Below, piece after piece: positions 33,942-46,872 of a stretch of DNA of 64,000 nucleotides. How positions within the stretch are numbered: the first letter of the stretch is position 1; each line of letters starts with the position of its first letter. The translations under genes were made by a program, and so were the position numbers. A model generated the notes under the pieces. The model did no database searches. It saw only the letters and a program-made list of their open reading frames with translations, and had not been told where the DNA came from. Source of the stretch: Histomonas meleagridis 2922-C6/04-290x (taxonomy: Eukaryota; Protista; Parabasalia); assembly GCA_020184695.1 (NCBI GenBank), contig JAANOX010000034.1, positions 372,001 through 436,000 of the forward strand, in the 5' to 3' direction.

Positions 33942-36900
33942 ATGACCAATAATTTTATTGTTGTATACAAAGAAAAAATTAATATATTCTCAGCGGATGA
34001 ATTTACTGATAAAAATTGCGTTTACTTTTTAAGAAAGTTACTGGAAATTTACAATGATATTAATGGTGATATTTATTATTGTGATTCAAACTTTTCATTT
34101 CCGATTATTCCTCGAACTAAACCTCTTAAATCATGTCCACAATTAATTACAAAAATTCCTGATGCTAATTTAATTAAAAATCTTCAAGCAACTCCTAGAC
34201 TCGAAATCATCTCAAAAGATTCTCCTAAGTTTGGATGTGTTTGTGTTGCTTTTTATCAAAAAACAAATCCAGACAATAATGTTATAATACGATGCCCATT
34301 ACCAAATGAATCCACAAAACTTGATGAATTAATATCAATGTTTGGAATGTGTTCGAAAAGGTTTACATGGAAGAATTTAACAAATGAAATCGGGAAATCT
34401 GTACATGTTTCACCACAGAAGATAAGTATTTATTCTCAAATTGATGGAGTTGAAGTTACTCATTCACAATCAAAACCTGTTTCATTCAAGGACATTCATT
34501 TATTTAATGAAGATGGTTCTTTTGTTTTTACAGGAAAATTTTATTATGATATCATTGAAACTCCGATAAGTTCCGAAAGTAAAGCAACTTCACAAGCACC
34601 GACCAAAAGCGATTATACTTTTGTTGATACAGTTTCTTCACGTGAAGCATTTTATGAAAGCATTCCAAATTTAATGAAAACTCAAATTTCTCTTTTCCAA
34701 GAAGATATAATTTCTTACTTTTCATCTGGTGATTTATCCCAATTTTTTATATTGATATTAACACGTATTACTCGAGAATTTTGTTTTGATTCAAATGACT
34801 CGATTTTGATCGTTGCATTGAAATATTTCCTATCGTCATCGTTATCAAGTATTTTTTCAAATTTAGTTAAACTTGATTCTAGTAATCAAATTCGTACATG
34901 GAAAGAAATGAACCATGCATTTTTATCATGCAAAAGTAATCCCGTCACAATTTCTAATCAAAAGAAGTCATTAACATCCAAAGAATTTCTGACCAAAGTC
35001 AATACATTTTATGCATTATCATTAACATGTTTTGTTGAGCGTATAGTTGATGTCTCATATAAAATCTCGAAATATTTTAACACTAAAACGTATGAAAATG
35101 AATATGAATTTTTTGGTCCCATTATATATCATTCCAACATATACATTGATAATGAAATTTATTTATTAATATTAACACGTGGATTTATATTTATAATTGA
35201 AGGGAAATCCAAATCGCAAAAGAACTTTGAGATATTACCAACGAAATTTGAGTTTGAGCTTAATAATAATAACAATAATAATTATATTACATTACCATTA
35301 GAATCATGGAATATATTATCATTACCTACAAACACAAGTATGTTATGTATCTTATGTGGTCCTAAACAACAATTTACTTTTAGTTTCTCAAGTTCTGAAC
35401 AAATGTTAGATTTTACTATTTGTTTTCATATGTGTAAAAACGTTTTAGAAATTTCTACAATTAATCCGATAATACCTTTAAACACATCGATGACATTACA
35501 ATTTAATCAAAACATGATTATTTCGAATGTTACGATGGGTAATTATCATTGGAATATATCATTTGATACTAAAAAAGTATTACAACAAGTACAAAATCTT
35601 TCAAATGATAAAAACTCTTTGTTATTAGTTCCAACATTACAAAGTTGTCATATACCATTTTCTAAAAACCAAAAATGTTCTTTAATCGGTTGTAACATTA
35701 GTCTTAAGAAAGTAAATAAGTTATTAAATAATAATATAAATTATAATTATAATAGCGAAAATTCATTGGCACGTTCAATCATTTGGGATTTAATATTTTC
35801 TTATTCGAAAAGAGCACGATTTGAAGGTTTATATTTGTTTAAGATTAGTGACTTTTCGATTTCATTAACATTTAATTCATCTTTATTACTTAAGTCATTA
35901 ATTAATTATTTCCCCAATTTCATTTCTGATTTTAAGATCGATGAAATTCCATTTTTACATTATTCATGTAAGAATTCGGATAATTTATTAATAATACAAA
36001 TATTATGTAAATATGTTCCAATAAACAAATTAGATAAAAATGGAGAAAATGCACTTTTTTATGCAATTTCAAACCCGAATTTACAAGTAATGAAAATTCT
36101 AATTGATAATAATATAAATATAAATCAATCGAATAAAAATGGTATTACACCATTAATCAAATGTATCATTAATAAAGATCTCGAAAAAATCGAATTTTTA
36201 TTGAAGAATGGCGCAAAAGTTAATGATTACTTTAATGGATGTAATAGTGCACTTGAATATGTAATTAAAACTAAAGACATAAAAATGATAAAAATACTTT
36301 TGTCGTATGTTAAAGAACAAATTAATATCCCAAACATTAATGGCGCTTATATCCTTCATCAATGTATCATTAATGATTTCCCTGATGCAATTTACTTGAT
36401 ACAAAATTATTGTAATGATTTATTAGAACCGAATTTGTATTCTTATAATTATCCGCATCCTTTATGCTTCTTATTTAATGAATATAAAGAACAAAACATT
36501 AAACTTTTAATCGCGTTATTATATATTAAGAAATTAAGAGTAAATGTAAAAATTAATAAAAATAATTTGTTGATTAAAGCAATCGAAAATGGTTACGATG
36601 ATTATGTGCGAATTTTGGCTGAAGATATTCGATGCGATTTAGATGATTATAATGATAATGGTTTAAGTGCTTTATATATAGCGGTGAAAGAAAATAAAAA
36701 AAATGTCGTGAAAATTTTGATTCAAAATGGGGTTCTAATAGATCAGCCAACAGCTAAAGGTAAAACAGCAGTGATGAAGGCAATAAAATCAGAAAATGAG
36801 GAAATTCTTGAAATGCTACTGAAAAATGGCGCAAATGTAAACCAATGGTTTTTGGGTGGAAAATTGCCCGTAAGTATTGCATCAAAAAATATATTGAATT

Positions 36901-36956
36901 TGATTAAGAAACATCAACCAAACTTAAAGTTGTTATCATTTGAAGATGGAAAATAA
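33942..36956 (+). CDS. 1004-aa protein with C-terminal ankyrin repeats
   Basis: Uninterrupted repeats DKNGENALFYA, NKNGITPLIKC, NDNGLSALYIA, TAKGKTAVMKA; N-terminal two-thirds unrecognised. Confidence 0.85.
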   Translation: MTNNFIVVYKEKINIFSADEFTDKNCVYFLRKLLEIYNDINGDIYYCDSNFSFPIIPRTKPLKSCPQLITKIPDANLIKNLQATPRLEIISKDSPKFGCVCVAFYQKTNPDNNVIIRCPLPNESTKLDELISMFGMCSKRFTWKNLTNEIGKSVHVSPQKISIYSQIDGVEVTHSQSKPVSFKDIHLFNEDGSFVFTGKFYYDIIETPISSESKATSQAPTKSDYTFVDTVSSREAFYESIPNLMKTQISLFQEDIISYFSSGDLSQFFILILTRITREFCFDSNDSILIVALKYFLSSSLSSIFSNLVKLDSSNQIRTWKEMNHAFLSCKSNPVTISNQKKSLTSKEFLTKVNTFYALSLTCFVERIVDVSYKISKYFNTKTYENEYEFFGPIIYHSNIYIDNEIYLLILTRGFIFIIEGKSKSQKNFEILPTKFEFELNNNNNNNYITLPLESWNILSLPTNTSMLCILCGPKQQFTFSFSSSEQMLDFTICFHMCKNVLEISTINPIIPLNTSMTLQFNQNMIISNVTMGNYHWNISFDTKKVLQQVQNLSNDKNSLLLVPTLQSCHIPFSKNQKCSLIGCNISLKKVNKLLNNNINYNYNSENSLARSIIWDLIFSYSKRARFEGLYLFKISDFSISLTFNSSLLLKSLINYFPNFISDFKIDEIPFLHYSCKNSDNLLIIQILCKYVPINKLDKNGENALFYAISNPNLQVMKILIDNNININQSNKNGITPLIKCIINKDLEKIEFLLKNGAKVNDYFNGCNSALEYVIKTKDIKMIKILLSYVKEQINIPNINGAYILHQCIINDFPDAIYLIQNYCNDLLEPNLYSYNYPHPLCFLFNEYKEQNIKLLIALLYIKKLRVNVKINKNNLLIKAIENGYDDYVRILAEDIRCDLDDYNDNGLSALYIAVKENKKNVVKILIQNGVLIDQPTAKGKTAVMKAIKSENEEILEMLLKNGANVNQWFLGGKLPVSIASKNILNLIKKHQPNLKLLSFEDGK

Positions 36957-37350
36957 AATTTTACATTAAAAGTGCAAAACATAAGGTATTTCGGTGTGAC
37001 CGTTTCCTAGAATCATGCACTTAAAAGTAATTTATATTTATTTACGTTTTCTCGATATATGAATAAAAAATATTAGCAATTTTGGTGTAACTCAATATCA
37101 AGAATAAATACTTATCGGAATGAAAAATTTGATTTTGTTGTAATATCCTTGATTTGAGAATTCTCTTTTTATTTCAATTTTCTGAACTTATATGGCTGCT
37201 GACCGTCAGTCGAACAATGAATTTTATCGCATGTTCAACCCCCAGTCCCTTATATTCAATTTTCAATGTATGATAAAATGAAATTGACAAGTAGTTTGAA
37301 CATATGAGATGTGAAATTCAATGCATTGAATTTGTCACAAATCCTATCTA

Positions 37351-40170
37351 ATGATTTTGCTGTTCCCATGTCTATCACTCTCATTAATCGAAATTTCTGT
37401 TAATAAAAACATTCATGTAATCGGTGACAACATGAGCCAAGCATATCAAAATGCATTGGTTATCAATCAATCAACAGATTTTTCAGATATTGAAATAATT
37501 AATGGTGAAATCATATTTGCAGAAAACGAATATGATGTGTGGATCAAAATACATAGCTTTTCGATTTCAGATAAAGTAATTGCCAATATTGATGATTTAT
37601 CCAAAATTTTTTCATACTATATGCAAAATGTTTAAAACGTTTCTATAGACATTCCTATAGAAAGTACTTTGAAGTTAAAATTTGAATATTGTATAAATTT
37701 GAAACATATTTCATTTGCAAATGTTTCTCGATTTGAATACAACACGTTTTTTAAATGCCCTCAGCTGCTAACGATTGATGCTCCTACTGTAAAATATGTT
37801 GGTATATATTCGATAGATATGTGTATAAATATTGAATCACTTTCATTTCCACAAGTTACTGAAATTGATATTTATTCATTTGCGAGTTGTTCTCTATTAA
37901 AGTATGTCTCCCTTCCAAAACTTAAGCATGCTGGAAGATTTTCATTTGCATTTTGTCCACTCATATCAATAAGTTTTCCTGAACTCGAAGAAGTTGCGCC
38001 ATATATGTTTGCTGGTTGTTGCCAACTCGAATCTGCTAGTTTACCAAGTGCCACATCGATTGGTAATTGGAGTTTTTATATTTGTTACTTTCTTACTGAT
38101 ATCTATATTCCAAAAGTTGTTTACATTTATAGCCAAGCATTTGAATATGCATATCGATTAAAAACACTTGACTTACCTTCACTTGAAGATGCTGAAGGTC
38201 CATTTATTAAGTCATGCTTTAATTTGCGTAACATTTCAATGCCTAAATTACGTCGTATTCCTGATTCATTATTTTATAATTTCAGACAATTATACATTCC
38301 ATACATGCCAAATGTGGAAATAATTGGGAAACATGCATTTGAAAACTGTGTTCTTTTAGAAAACATTTTTGAAAATCTTAAAATCAAACAAATCGATGAT
38401 TATGCATTTGCAAATATGCAAATTAGAGGATATGAAATTTCGTTTAAATATTGTGAACATGTTGGTAATTATGCATTTGATGGATCAACCATAATGAATA
38501 TATCATTACCAAATCTAAGGTCTTGTGGTGATTATTCATTTAGTCATCTTAATGTTCAAAATTTATATTTTCCTCTTATAGAAAAATGCGGATATTTTTC
38601 ATTTTCTTTTAACTCGAATTTAGTTAATGTAACATTACCATTGATTTCTCAAATGGGTGATGGACCTTTTGAAGGTTGTACAAAATTACATATAGTAAAT
38701 TTACCAAATTTAACAGAAGTAAATAATTATTTCATATCACACATCGATATGAAAAATTTCGAATTTTTAAATTTGAAGTATATTGGTTCATATACATTTT
38801 ATAGTGCTTTTGATATTGTTGAAACTATTAATTTTCCAAATGTTATAAAAATTGGAGATTATTTTATGGAAAACTGTCGTAAAGTTCAATCTATTGAATT
38901 ACCAAATCTTGAAGAAATTGGTTCATATGCATTTTTAAATTGTAATAATTTATTTAATGTATCATTACCAAAACTTAAATATTTTAAATCTGAATTATTT
39001 TGTCATTGTAATTTAATTAAAACAATATATTTACCTGAACTACAAGAAATTGGAAATAATTTTTTATGTAATTGTTATAATATTGATAATGTAAGTTTAC
39101 CAAATGTTAAAACTATTGTAAATACTGCATTTGTTAATTGTAGTTCATTAAAAGAACTTATTCTAAATAATATTAGTAAAGTTTTATCAGGTCCAATATC
39201 AAAAGATTGTAATTCATTAAAAAGAATTCAAATGAATTCACTTATTAAATCACCACCATATTTATTTAGTAATATAAAGAGTTTAGAATATGTTTCATTA
39301 CTAAGATTAACTGATTCCAAATGTTATCTTTTTTATAATTGTATAAATCTGAAAACTATAATTATGCCGAGACTTAATGCTATGAATGTAACTTATTCAG
39401 GTTATGAATTTTCTAATTGTGCATCACTTGAATCGCTTCAATTTCCTTATTTAAGAGAAATATATGGAACTAATACATTTGAATATTGTATATCATTAAA
39501 ACATATTAATTTTCCACGATTAAATAAAATTGGTGAATATTCGTTTTTAAATTGTATAAATTTATTTAATGTTACATTAAATAGAATAAATGTAATTCCT
39601 TCATATTGTTTTCAAAATTGTACATCATTAAAAAATATATCTTTCGAAAATGTTGATACATTTGATGGTGATGGACATTTTTCTGGTTGTGTTAATTTAG
39701 AATATATTTATTTACCGAAGTTAGAAACAGTTTCGGAAAATTCAACAAAAATATTTGAAAATTGTAAAAAATTAAATATTATTCGTTTATCTAATAACCC
39801 TCCAATAAAATTTAATGATGAAATATTTTCTTCAGCATCTTTAGGAAATTTAAGTCTTTGTTTACCAGAAGATAAATCATATAAAAATTATGCTAATGAT
39901 TGTAATAGTTCAGAGTGCAAAAAAAATTATTGGAAAGGAATATTTATCCAAACTAATAAAAATTTAATAAATAAATGTAAAGGATACACTGTATTTCCAA
40001 AAATTAAATCGACTACAATTATAATTATTTGCACTATTATTGTGTCTTTAATAATAGTTATATTAGGATTTTCTTTATTGTTTTATTTATATAAAAAATA
40101 TAAAAAAGAAAAAGAAAATTTGGAGAGTTTGCCTCATTTAAGTATTTCTATTGTAGACAATGTAATTTAA
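37351..40170 (+). pseudogene. BspA-like (TpLRR/LRR_5) surface protein with a single in-frame TAA at 37633-37635
   Basis: The two ORFs share one frame; signal-peptide-like N-terminus, many LxxIxLPxLxxIGxxAFxxCxx repeats, TM helix and short tail. Confidence 0.8.
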
Positions 40171-40771
40171 ATATTCGAAAAATAAATAAACCTTTGTTTG
40201 TTAATTTTATAAAGCCTTTGTTTGCTTTCTGATCATATAATTTTATTAAATAATATTTTTTATATTAAGGTTTGATATGCTGATATTTCCATTTGTTTAA
40301 TCATTTTATTAATGAATATTTTTAGAAAATACTTTTTCTTCAGAGTTTTATTTAAATAAAGTTTCAATTTTTTATTGAATCATTTTCGCATATATGCATA
40401 TACATTATAATTTAGTAAAGTTTTTGAGTAGATTGTATTTTATGTCTTGTTTTACTGTTTAATGAAATTGGTACAGGTTCGTCTTATTTGCAAACATGTA
40501 TTTTATTTAAAAATTAAAGCAGACTAAAATATTGTTTAACTTATAATATCCTGAATTGTGAAAGGTATATTTAGTTTATGAAAACCTTATACTTTTTCAT
40601 CCTATTCATATGAATTTATTATTTTTTACCGTTCATTTTAATTAATAATCAAGTACTAATCTCATTGATTGATTTGATAATATTGGAATGAATCTTTTTT
40701 TTGTTCAACTCCTTTAAAAAAATACCAAATGAATAATATTTTATTTAAAAAATATCAGTATTACGTCGTAT

Positions 40772-41830
40772 TTAATTTGATTTATAGTTTTCCAACTCAT
40801 TCCATTCAGCAGGTGATATTTGTCCTGTTACATTCATTGCGCACACAGGGCTTTCATTAAAGTAAGGGTGCATCAGAGCCTCTTTTGCCGAAATTCTTTC
40901 GTTTGGAAATATCTTTAACATTCGCAACAACAAATCGACAGCGGAAGGCGGCTTATCTGCAAACATATCATCGAATGCAGGTTTCCTTGGGTACATCACG
41001 CTCTTTAGTTTGTCTCTGTATTTATATTCCATGGGACAACGATTGTATTCAATCGCGCCCATAACTTCAATGATTTTATTAAGTTGATTCGAATTAAATT
41101 CGGTCGGATCTTTCTCTTGGATTTTATTAGTGGTCTGAAATAACACTTTGCCTTGAATGAGCTCCGCAAAGATACAACCAGCGGCCCAAATGTCGATCTT
41201 TTGATCATAATATGGATCACCTAATAAAAGTTCTGGAGCCCGATACCAAACTGTAACAACACCAAAGTTCCGTTGTTCCTTGGAATTGTCAATAATTCGT
41301 GATAGACCAAAATCTATGAGCTTTACAATGCCTGGCATATCTTCAGAGTTGGGTGACATTAATAAAATATTAGATGGAGTAATGTCACAATGTGTAATTG
41401 AGCGTTGATGAAGATAATCAAGGGCTAAAAGCAATTGAAAAAGAATGGATTTGGCTACAACTGGACTCATTCGAACATTAGATCGATTGCTATAATATTC
41501 AATAACACGTTGAACATTAATAGCACCATATTCATATACAAAGGAAAGCGTTTTCCTGTTCTTGTCTAAAAATATGTCTTTTGAAAACGGATGAATAATA
41601 TGTGGATAATTGATTTCACTAAGAAAAACTAATTCGCGAAAGATAGATGGGGAAATTTTCCGCTCGTCGCTGTTTATGCTTGATTGTTTTACACTATATT
41701 TTTTTTTATCATTTGAATTTTTCCGCTCTGCAAGAAATACTTGTCCATATGTTCCACCACCAATATTTTTTTTGACATCAAAAGAATCTTCAAAACTGGG
41801 CTGTTGGAATTGATTCTGATTCTTTATCAT
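40772..41830 (-). CDS. CMGC protein kinase, CDK8-like
   Basis: GGGTYG, SVK, SPSIFRE (SMSACRE-like), HCDITPSN, DFG, VVTVWYRAPELLLG, IDIWAAGCIFAEL; first ATG at 41830 (track uses an upstream TTG). Confidence 0.85.
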   Translation of the reverse strand: MIKNQNQFQQPSFEDSFDVKKNIGGGTYGQVFLAERKNSNDKKKYSVKQSSINSDERKISPSIFRELVFLSEINYPHIIHPFSKDIFLDKNRKTLSFVYEYGAINVQRVIEYYSNRSNVRMSPVVAKSILFQLLLALDYLHQRSITHCDITPSNILLMSPNSEDMPGIVKLIDFGLSRIIDNSKEQRNFGVVTVWYRAPELLLGDPYYDQKIDIWAAGCIFAELIQGKVLFQTTNKIQEKDPTEFNSNQLNKIIEVMGAIEYNRCPMEYKYRDKLKSVMYPRKPAFDDMFADKPPSAVDLLLRMLKIFPNERISAKEALMHPYFNESPVCAMNVTGQISPAEWNELENYKSN

Positions 41831-42348
41831 TTTAAGCAAAGAAACAGATTTCTTAACGTTCAATTAACAAAGAAGAACAACAAACTAAAAAAATAAAAAG
41901 ATTTATATATTTCAAAAAGAGTTAGACAACTAAACTACAGTCTTGCCAACAACGATATTTTATGCATTTTACAAAATATTAAGAAGTGTTTAAAGTCGAG
42001 AATTTCGAAATCAAACAATATGAGAAAATTGACAAAAAACTACCAACAATTTTATACCATGCTACAACGTGTTCGAATTTTTTTAAAAAATGATTTTATC
42101 GAAATTAACTATATTATGATGAATTTATAAAAATAAGTTACTTTTAAAAAAATCATTTTCATACTTAATGAAACAAAAATTACTTGAATACATGCAATGG
42201 TAATAACAAGCAGGCTTGAATACCAATTTGAAGCATCCCAATAAACGTTCACAATGATAACAAATTCAATACTTTAAATGGTCGAATACATAATTTGAAT
42301 CAATAAATGCTCAACCAAAAAATGCCTTCATAATATCATTTTTTTATT

Positions 42349-44292
42349 ATGTCAGCTATAGGTATTGATTTAGGTACAACATACAGTTGCGTTGGTGTTT
42401 TCAGACACAATCGTGTTGATATTATAGCAAATGATATGGGTAATCGTACAACACCATCTTATGTTGCATTTACAGAAGATGAAAGACTTGTTGGTGATGC
42501 TGCAAAGAACCAAGCAGCCATGAATCCAACAAATACAGTATTTGATGCCAAGCGTATGATTGGTCGTAAATTTAGTGATCCAGTGGTTCAAAAAGATATG
42601 CAACATTGGCCATTCAAAGTTGTTCGTGGTGAAGCAGATCGTCCAAGAATTCAAGTCCAATGGAAAGGCGAAACCAAACAATTCTACCCAGAAGAAATCT
42701 CAGCTATGGTTTTAGGTAAAATGAAGGAAATCGCCGAAAGCCAACTTTCCAACAAAGTTACTGATGCTGTTGTTACAGTTCCAGCATATTTCAATGATGG
42801 TCAACGTCAAGCCACAAAAGATGCCGGTGTTATTGCCGGATTAAATGTTCTTCGTATAATCAACGAGCCAACAGCGGCTGCAATTGCATTTGGTCTTAAC
42901 GAGAAATCCGATAAAGAGCGTCACGTTCTTATCTTCGATCTTGGCGGTGGTACATTTGATGTTTCATTACTTGATATCGATGGCGGCATGTTCGAAGTGC
43001 GTGCCACAGCAGGCGATACACATCTTGGCGGCGAAGACTTCGATAATCGTATGGTTAATTACTTTGCAGATCGATTCCAAAAGAAGTTCAAATGTGATTT
43101 AAGACAATCGCCACGTGCATTACGTACATTACGAACAGCATGCGAACGAGCTAAGCGAACATTATCCACAGCCACATCCGCATCAATTGTTTGCGATTCA
43201 TTATATGAAGGTCACGACTTTATGGATAACATTTCACGTGCAATGTTCGAGAACTTAAATGATGAACTTTTCAGATCGACGATGACACCAGTTGCACAAG
43301 TATTAAGGGATGCGAACATGTCCAAGTCCGATGTCACCGATATAGTTTTAGTTGGAGGTTCATCACGTATTCCACGTGTCCAACAATTGTTACAAGACTT
43401 CTTCAATGGTAAGCAGCCATGCCGTGGTGTTGATCCAGATGAAGCAGTTGCATATGGCGCAGCAGTACAAGCAGCAATTATCAAAGGCGATACATCAGAT
43501 ACAGTTAAAGATATTTTATTGTTAGATGTTGCACCACTTTCATTAGGTATCGAAACAGCTGGCGGAATGATGACAGTGCTCATTCCACGTAACACAACAA
43601 TTCCAGCGAAGAAATCAAATGTCTTCACAACATTCTCAGATAATCAGCCCGCAGTTACAATCAAAGTTTATGAAGGAGAACGTTCACGAACATGCGACAA
43701 CAACTTACTCGGTACATTTGATTTAACAGGCATTCCGCCAGCACCACGTGGCGTACCACAGATTGAAGTCACATTCGATGTTAATGCAGATGGTATTATG
43801 AACGTTTCGGCACAAGATAAGTCGACAGGTAACGTGAAGAAGATCACGATTAAGAATGAGAAAGGACGTCTTTCACAAGCAGATATCGACAAAATGGTTG
43901 CAGACGCAGAGAAGTACAAAGCACAAGATGAAGAAATACGTAAGAAAGTGGAAGCGAAGAACGCACTCGAAGGATACTGCTTCGGCGTACGCAACTCATT
44001 AAATCAAGAGCAGTTTGCTAACGCATTGTCACAATCAGATAAGGACACAATCAACAAGGAAATCAACGACACGCTCGCATGGATCGAGTCTAACCAAGAC
44101 GCAGACGTCGCGACATTCGAAGCGAAGCAGAAGGAACTCGAAGGCAAACTGATGCCAATTATGCAATCGGCTTATCAACATGCAGCAGGCGGCGCACAGG
44201 GCGGAATGCCAGGCGCGAACATGCAAGGAGGAAGTGGAGCATCAGCAAATAATGGACATTCATCAGGACCACGCGTTGAAGAAGTTGATTAA
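42349..44292 (+). CDS. HSP70: Cytosolic Hsp70
   Basis: [43 protein letters not shown]; C-terminal GGMPG...EEVD. Confidence 0.98.
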   Translation: MSAIGIDLGTTYSCVGVFRHNRVDIIANDMGNRTTPSYVAFTEDERLVGDAAKNQAAMNPTNTVFDAKRMIGRKFSDPVVQKDMQHWPFKVVRGEADRPRIQVQWKGETKQFYPEEISAMVLGKMKEIAESQLSNKVTDAVVTVPAYFNDGQRQATKDAGVIAGLNVLRIINEPTAAAIAFGLNEKSDKERHVLIFDLGGGTFDVSLLDIDGGMFEVRATAGDTHLGGEDFDNRMVNYFADRFQKKFKCDLRQSPRALRTLRTACERAKRTLSTATSASIVCDSLYEGHDFMDNISRAMFENLNDELFRSTMTPVAQVLRDANMSKSDVTDIVLVGGSSRIPRVQQLLQDFFNGKQPCRGVDPDEAVAYGAAVQAAIIKGDTSDTVKDILLLDVAPLSLGIETAGGMMTVLIPRNTTIPAKKSNVFTTFSDNQPAVTIKVYEGERSRTCDNNLLGTFDLTGIPPAPRGVPQIEVTFDVNADGIMNVSAQDKSTGNVKKITIKNEKGRLSQADIDKMVADAEKYKAQDEEIRKKVEAKNALEGYCFGVRNSLNQEQFANALSQSDKDTINKEINDTLAWIESNQDADVATFEAKQKELEGKLMPIMQSAYQHAAGGAQGGMPGANMQGGSGASANNGHSSGPRVEEVD

Positions 44293-44801
44293 ATGAATAA
44301 AATGTAATACAATGAATAATTTTGCCTAATTTGAATTTATTAACAACATTAATTAAGTGTATACGAAATCAATAAAATTTGTTTTTAAGATTATAAAAAA
44401 TAATAAAGTCCTTTCCTTAAAAATACAATGGATAATTTATGTTAATTAAAAGTGAATTTATTGTTGATGATAATACAAAACTTTGATCAGGTTTGGAAGT
44501 CATATAAATCTAAATTTTGTTTTTGAGCTGACGATAAAAAATTTATTAAACTTCTTTTGTATGCTGGGCTAGTTAAATTACTTCAAATGCAAAAATGTTT
44601 AGATATTTCAGGAATTAATAATATGTTTTGCTTGCAAGAGATGATTTTTCATTATTTCAGGAAATTTGTGTGAAGAAGTCATAAAAATAAAAAATTAGAG
44701 TATCAGAATATGCCTTTTATCATATGATGTTTCTTCATTAACTTTATGATTCATAAACTTATTCTTGAAGGAGATTTTTGAAGTATCAATTATGTTTTTC
44801 A

Positions 44802-45665
44802 ATGGTTTACGTTATTTGGATGGATAAAAAAAGAAATAATCCACAAAAAAAAGTTTTTGAAAGTTCAAGCGAAACAACAACCGATTACTCAAGTGAAAGC
44901 TTAACAAGCCAAAGCAATAGTCCTGCAAATTCATCCTCATCTAATTCAGATACATCGAATAGCAAAGATAGTTCAGATTCTAGTAGCTCTAAATCGCATA
45001 ACTCAAGTGAATATGAAGAACAAAGTGAAGGAAATTATTCAACTGATAATGATAACTCAAGCCTCAAAAGTGATGAATCTACAAATTCAAATAGTTCAAA
45101 TAAAAATCAATCAAATAAATCACAAACAAGCGGAAGCTTAATTTCAGATAGAGAACCAGATGCGTTTGTTGACCAACAAAATAATTCATCTGATAATACA
45201 AATCATAGTTCTGAAGAGAGTACCACAAGCTCCAAAAGCAATGAAAACTCTTCAGATAACGAATCGGCAAGTTCATCATCAAATAAATACAGTGAAAATT
45301 CGGAATCTCAAGAAAGCTCAAAATCAGATTCTCTCTTTTTAGGCGATTCTTTAAATGATGAAGAAGATTCATTGGTTATTTCCATCGGTCCCAAAAAAGC
45401 TGATTCTTGCAATGAGGCGAAATTTGTTTGTGCGCCTGTCAAAAACGAAAAAGTTATTGATGGGGTTTTAATTCCAGACTTATCAGATTCCTCATTAATT
45501 GATGAAGAATCAAAGGAAGAAACATTTGAAATTAATTATGCTCTTCCGCAATTCAACTTGCCAATGATTGCTCCTATCAATGATGATCCAATCATTAATC
45601 AATACCTCGAAAGATATTCTCCTCGTGTAATTATGGAAAAAATCAAACAGACCATTCAAATCTAA
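44802..45665 (+). CDS. Ser/Asn/Asp-rich low-complexity hypothetical protein
   Basis: Long stop-free ORF; first ATG at 44802 (alternative 44820); acidic Ser-rich body and a short helical C-terminus. Confidence 0.65.
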   Translation: MVYVIWMDKKRNNPQKKVFESSSETTTDYSSESLTSQSNSPANSSSSNSDTSNSKDSSDSSSSKSHNSSEYEEQSEGNYSTDNDNSSLKSDESTNSNSSNKNQSNKSQTSGSLISDREPDAFVDQQNNSSDNTNHSSEESTTSSKSNENSSDNESASSSSNKYSENSESQESSKSDSLFLGDSLNDEEDSLVISIGPKKADSCNEAKFVCAPVKNEKVIDGVLIPDLSDSSLIDEESKEETFEINYALPQFNLPMIAPINDDPIINQYLERYSPRVIMEKIKQTIQI

Positions 45666-45747
45666 ACGAACTTTTTGTTTTCAAAATAAACTATTTAATG
45701 TCACTTCACATACGATCGTTTTAAATTGAAATTAAGTGTGTTCGTTT

Positions 45748-46473
45748 TTAGATTTTCCCGGATGCTAAAAGCTGTTGATATAAGCAGAGGCTGCATAGAG
45801 TCTTAGAGTCTGGTGCAATCTTCCAAATATCTTCAAATGGAACAAGTCTCAAAATAATTTGTTCATGGGCATCTTCACCTCCAATTTTTCCTTCAAGTTC
45901 TTGAACTTTTTCATGTGGGAGAGTGAGGTTCCATAAGAAATATCTTATGTATTCATCAAGTAGTCCTTGTGACGAATAAACACCTGGATACTTCCCTTCA
46001 TAAGCAAGTTGCGTCATATCAACCAGATCTTCTGGCTTGGCTGTTAGCCCACATTCCTCTTCAAGCTCTCTAATTGCAACGCCTCTCAAATTTCCATTTC
46101 CATCAGTCATTCCTGCTGGAATTTCGCGGAGAACTGTACTAGCTGGAACGCGTGGTTGTTCTGTGAGGATTGAGTATTTCTTTTTTGTTTCGGCATCGGT
46201 GATAATAACAAGCATAGCAACAGCAGATCCTCTAAGAACAACAATACCAGGGACTTCGATTCCATTACGAAGTATTTTGCAAATCATTTTGATAAATCCT
46301 ACTCTTCCAGTCCTAAATTTATCAACAGATTGGATTTCTATAGACTTAAGTTCAAAAGAAGAATCAAGAGCGTTCAACCAATCCTTAAAGAGTGACGTTT
46401 CAAGTGCATCTGCAGCATTTGCTTGAGGTGCAACTGTGACTGGGATTTTTTCTCCACGGAACCCTATTTCCAT
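45748..46473 (-). CDS. Nudix hydrolase (NUDT14-like ADP-sugar pyrophosphatase)
   Basis: Nudix box EIPAGMTDGNGNLRGVAIRELEEECG; QPRVP and VLRG.AV upstream motifs. Confidence 0.9.
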   Translation of the reverse strand: MEIGFRGEKIPVTVAPQANAADALETSLFKDWLNALDSSFELKSIEIQSVDKFRTGRVGFIKMICKILRNGIEVPGIVVLRGSAVAMLVIITDAETKKKYSILTEQPRVPASTVLREIPAGMTDGNGNLRGVAIRELEEECGLTAKPEDLVDMTQLAYEGKYPGVYSSQGLLDEYIRYFLWNLTLPHEKVQELEGKIGGEDAHEQIILRLVPFEDIWKIAPDSKTLCSLCLYQQLLASGKI

Positions 46474-46872
46474 TAGCCAAATTAGATACGTTTTTTAAAC
46501 GATAGAATATTCCGAAGCGGTTAGATAAACAGTTGACCCTTTGAAGGGTTCCCCATTGAAAAAGTTATCATTTGAATTGATATTGATCGGATATGATCAC
46601 CTACCAGGGCAACTAAGCATTCAAAAACATTTTTCAATACTTTACACAACATGATTTGCTGAAATAAAAAGGTAATCATAAATAAATAGCAGCAGTGTAT
46701 TACATAGAGACATATGAATCGTATACGAGCAACTAACTGGTTGCAGTAAGAGTTGCTAAGTTTCTTGTAATATTTAAAAACGAAACGATGTTATATATCC
46801 GCATTGATATCAAAACATTACTTGAAAAAAGTTTAGTTGTGAAAGTCAAAAATTAGATAAAAAGTGTTGTTT

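Noticed and set aside
21736-37635. Stop-codon reassignment suggested by the in-frame TAG (mariner) and TAA (BspA)
   Set aside because: Conserved genes here end normally at TAA (RPL8, Hsp70), TAG (thioesterase) and TGA (CARMIL-like), so the standard code applies.
42370-44226. Antisense and alternative-frame ORFs over Hsp70 (and similarly over AP-1 mu, RPL8, rubrerythrin, Nudix)
   Set aside because: Expected by-products of codon bias in conserved genes; no independent protein features.
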